A stretch of 33,235 nucleotides of DNA, taken from assembly GCA_020063525.1 (NCBI GenBank), contig JAGUUJ010000035.1, positions 1 through 33,235 on the forward strand, in the 5' to 3' direction. The notes beneath the pieces were generated by a model. It did no database searches, was not told the DNA's origin, and worked only from the letters and a program-made list of their open reading frames with translations. This document shows positions 32,989 through 33,235 of this stretch, one piece after another. Both the position numbers and the translations under genes were made by a program. Position 1 is the first letter of the stretch, and each line of letters begins with the position of its first letter. The stretch comes from Candidatus Omnitrophota bacterium. GTDB lineage: Bacteria > Omnitrophota > Gorgyraeia > Gygaellales > Profunditerraquicolaceae.

Positions 32989-33066
32989 CGGGGCGTGGCT
33001 CAGTTTGGCTAGAGCGCTTGGTTCGGGACCAAGAGGTCACAGGTTCAAATCCTGTCGCCCCGACCA
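32989..33066 (+). tRNA. tRNA-Pro (anticodon CGG), CCA encoded
   Basis: Hand-folded cloverleaf. Acceptor cggggcg/cgccccg. D arm gctc-agtttggcta-gagc. Anticodon arm cttgg-ttCGGga-ccaag. Variable loop aggtc. T arm acagg-ttcaaat-cctgt. Discriminator A followed by CCA. Confidence 0.93.
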
Positions 33067-33235
33067 ATCTAAACATTGCGAATTTTGCGGGCAGTTTGTT
33101 GGCTCGCTCGCCCCGCCGCAGGCGGGGCTTCGCTTGCATATTTCCTTATATTTTGGGATTAAATCAAAAGGGCGGGCAAAATCAAAAATCAGTTTTCTGT
33201 CCAGCAGGCGGCGGTTCGTTCCAATTTTTTCCGTA

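Noticed and set aside
33105-33135. GC-rich hairpin gccccgcc-gca-ggcggggc after tRNA-Pro, considered as a terminator or as the edge of an integrated element.
   Set aside because: The loop is only 3 nt and there is no U-tract. The window ends about 100 nt later with no integrase or direct repeat of the tRNA 3' end visible, so it is not interpretable here.
32942-33139. 65-aa minus-strand ORF near the end of the window.
   Set aside because: It runs antisense straight through tRNA-Pro (32989-33066) and its flanks. The translation has no family features.
1-33235. CRISPR arrays, rRNA genes, transposases or IS ends, toxin-antitoxin or defence cassettes.
   Set aside because: No regularly spaced 25-40-nt repeats with unique spacers are present. 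All tandem repeats seen are under 20 nt with 2-4 copies. No rRNA-like sequence was seen, and no ORF carries transposase, integrase, toxin or defence-type motifs.

Overview
This window looks like a low-GC bacterial chromosomal core region, densely packed and mostly on the + strand. All protein calls rest on motif recognition in the supplied translations. No homology search was run.

Gene order:
- prfA (5' truncated)-prmC-murA, fused by overlapping stop/start codons to a trp cluster (trpG-D-C-F, then trpB-A) that has no trpE in the window
- M16 peptidase and a CNNM/CBS membrane protein
- an unlisted 49-aa zinc-ribbon ORF, then rsfS, argS, recJ
- rpmB (- strand)
- a 1333-aa UvrD/PcrA-type helicase fused to a 4-Cys PD-(D/E)XK nuclease and interrupted by a 364-aa intein
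- rpsO-pnp, ftsK, a rodZ-like gene, rimO, pgsA, pgpA
- thpR and a cinA/pncC-like gene (both - strand)
- an FMN riboswitch leading ribBA-ribH-nusB-PHP phosphoesterase-ribD-ribE
- tRNA-Pro(CGG)

I saw no CRISPR array, rRNA, transposase or recognisable defence or toxin cassette.

Most noteworthy observations:
1. The intein sits in helicase motif III, and its central domain lacks obvious LAGLIDADG or HNH signatures.
2. A PHP-family phosphoesterase and nusB are nested inside the FMN-riboswitch rib operon.
3. The ribH-nusB spacer holds a dyad of 4+4 CGTT/AACG motifs in strict 9-nt phasing, ending at the nusB start.
4. At least three families of conserved long hairpins recur at gene junctions. Some have two alternative 3' arms, and the distal arm covers the next gene's start.
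5. A 26-nt, nearly identical 5'-UTR module precedes two unrelated genes.
6. rsfS apparently needs a non-AUG start.
7. A tRNA-like partial duplicate lies in the tRNA-Pro leader.
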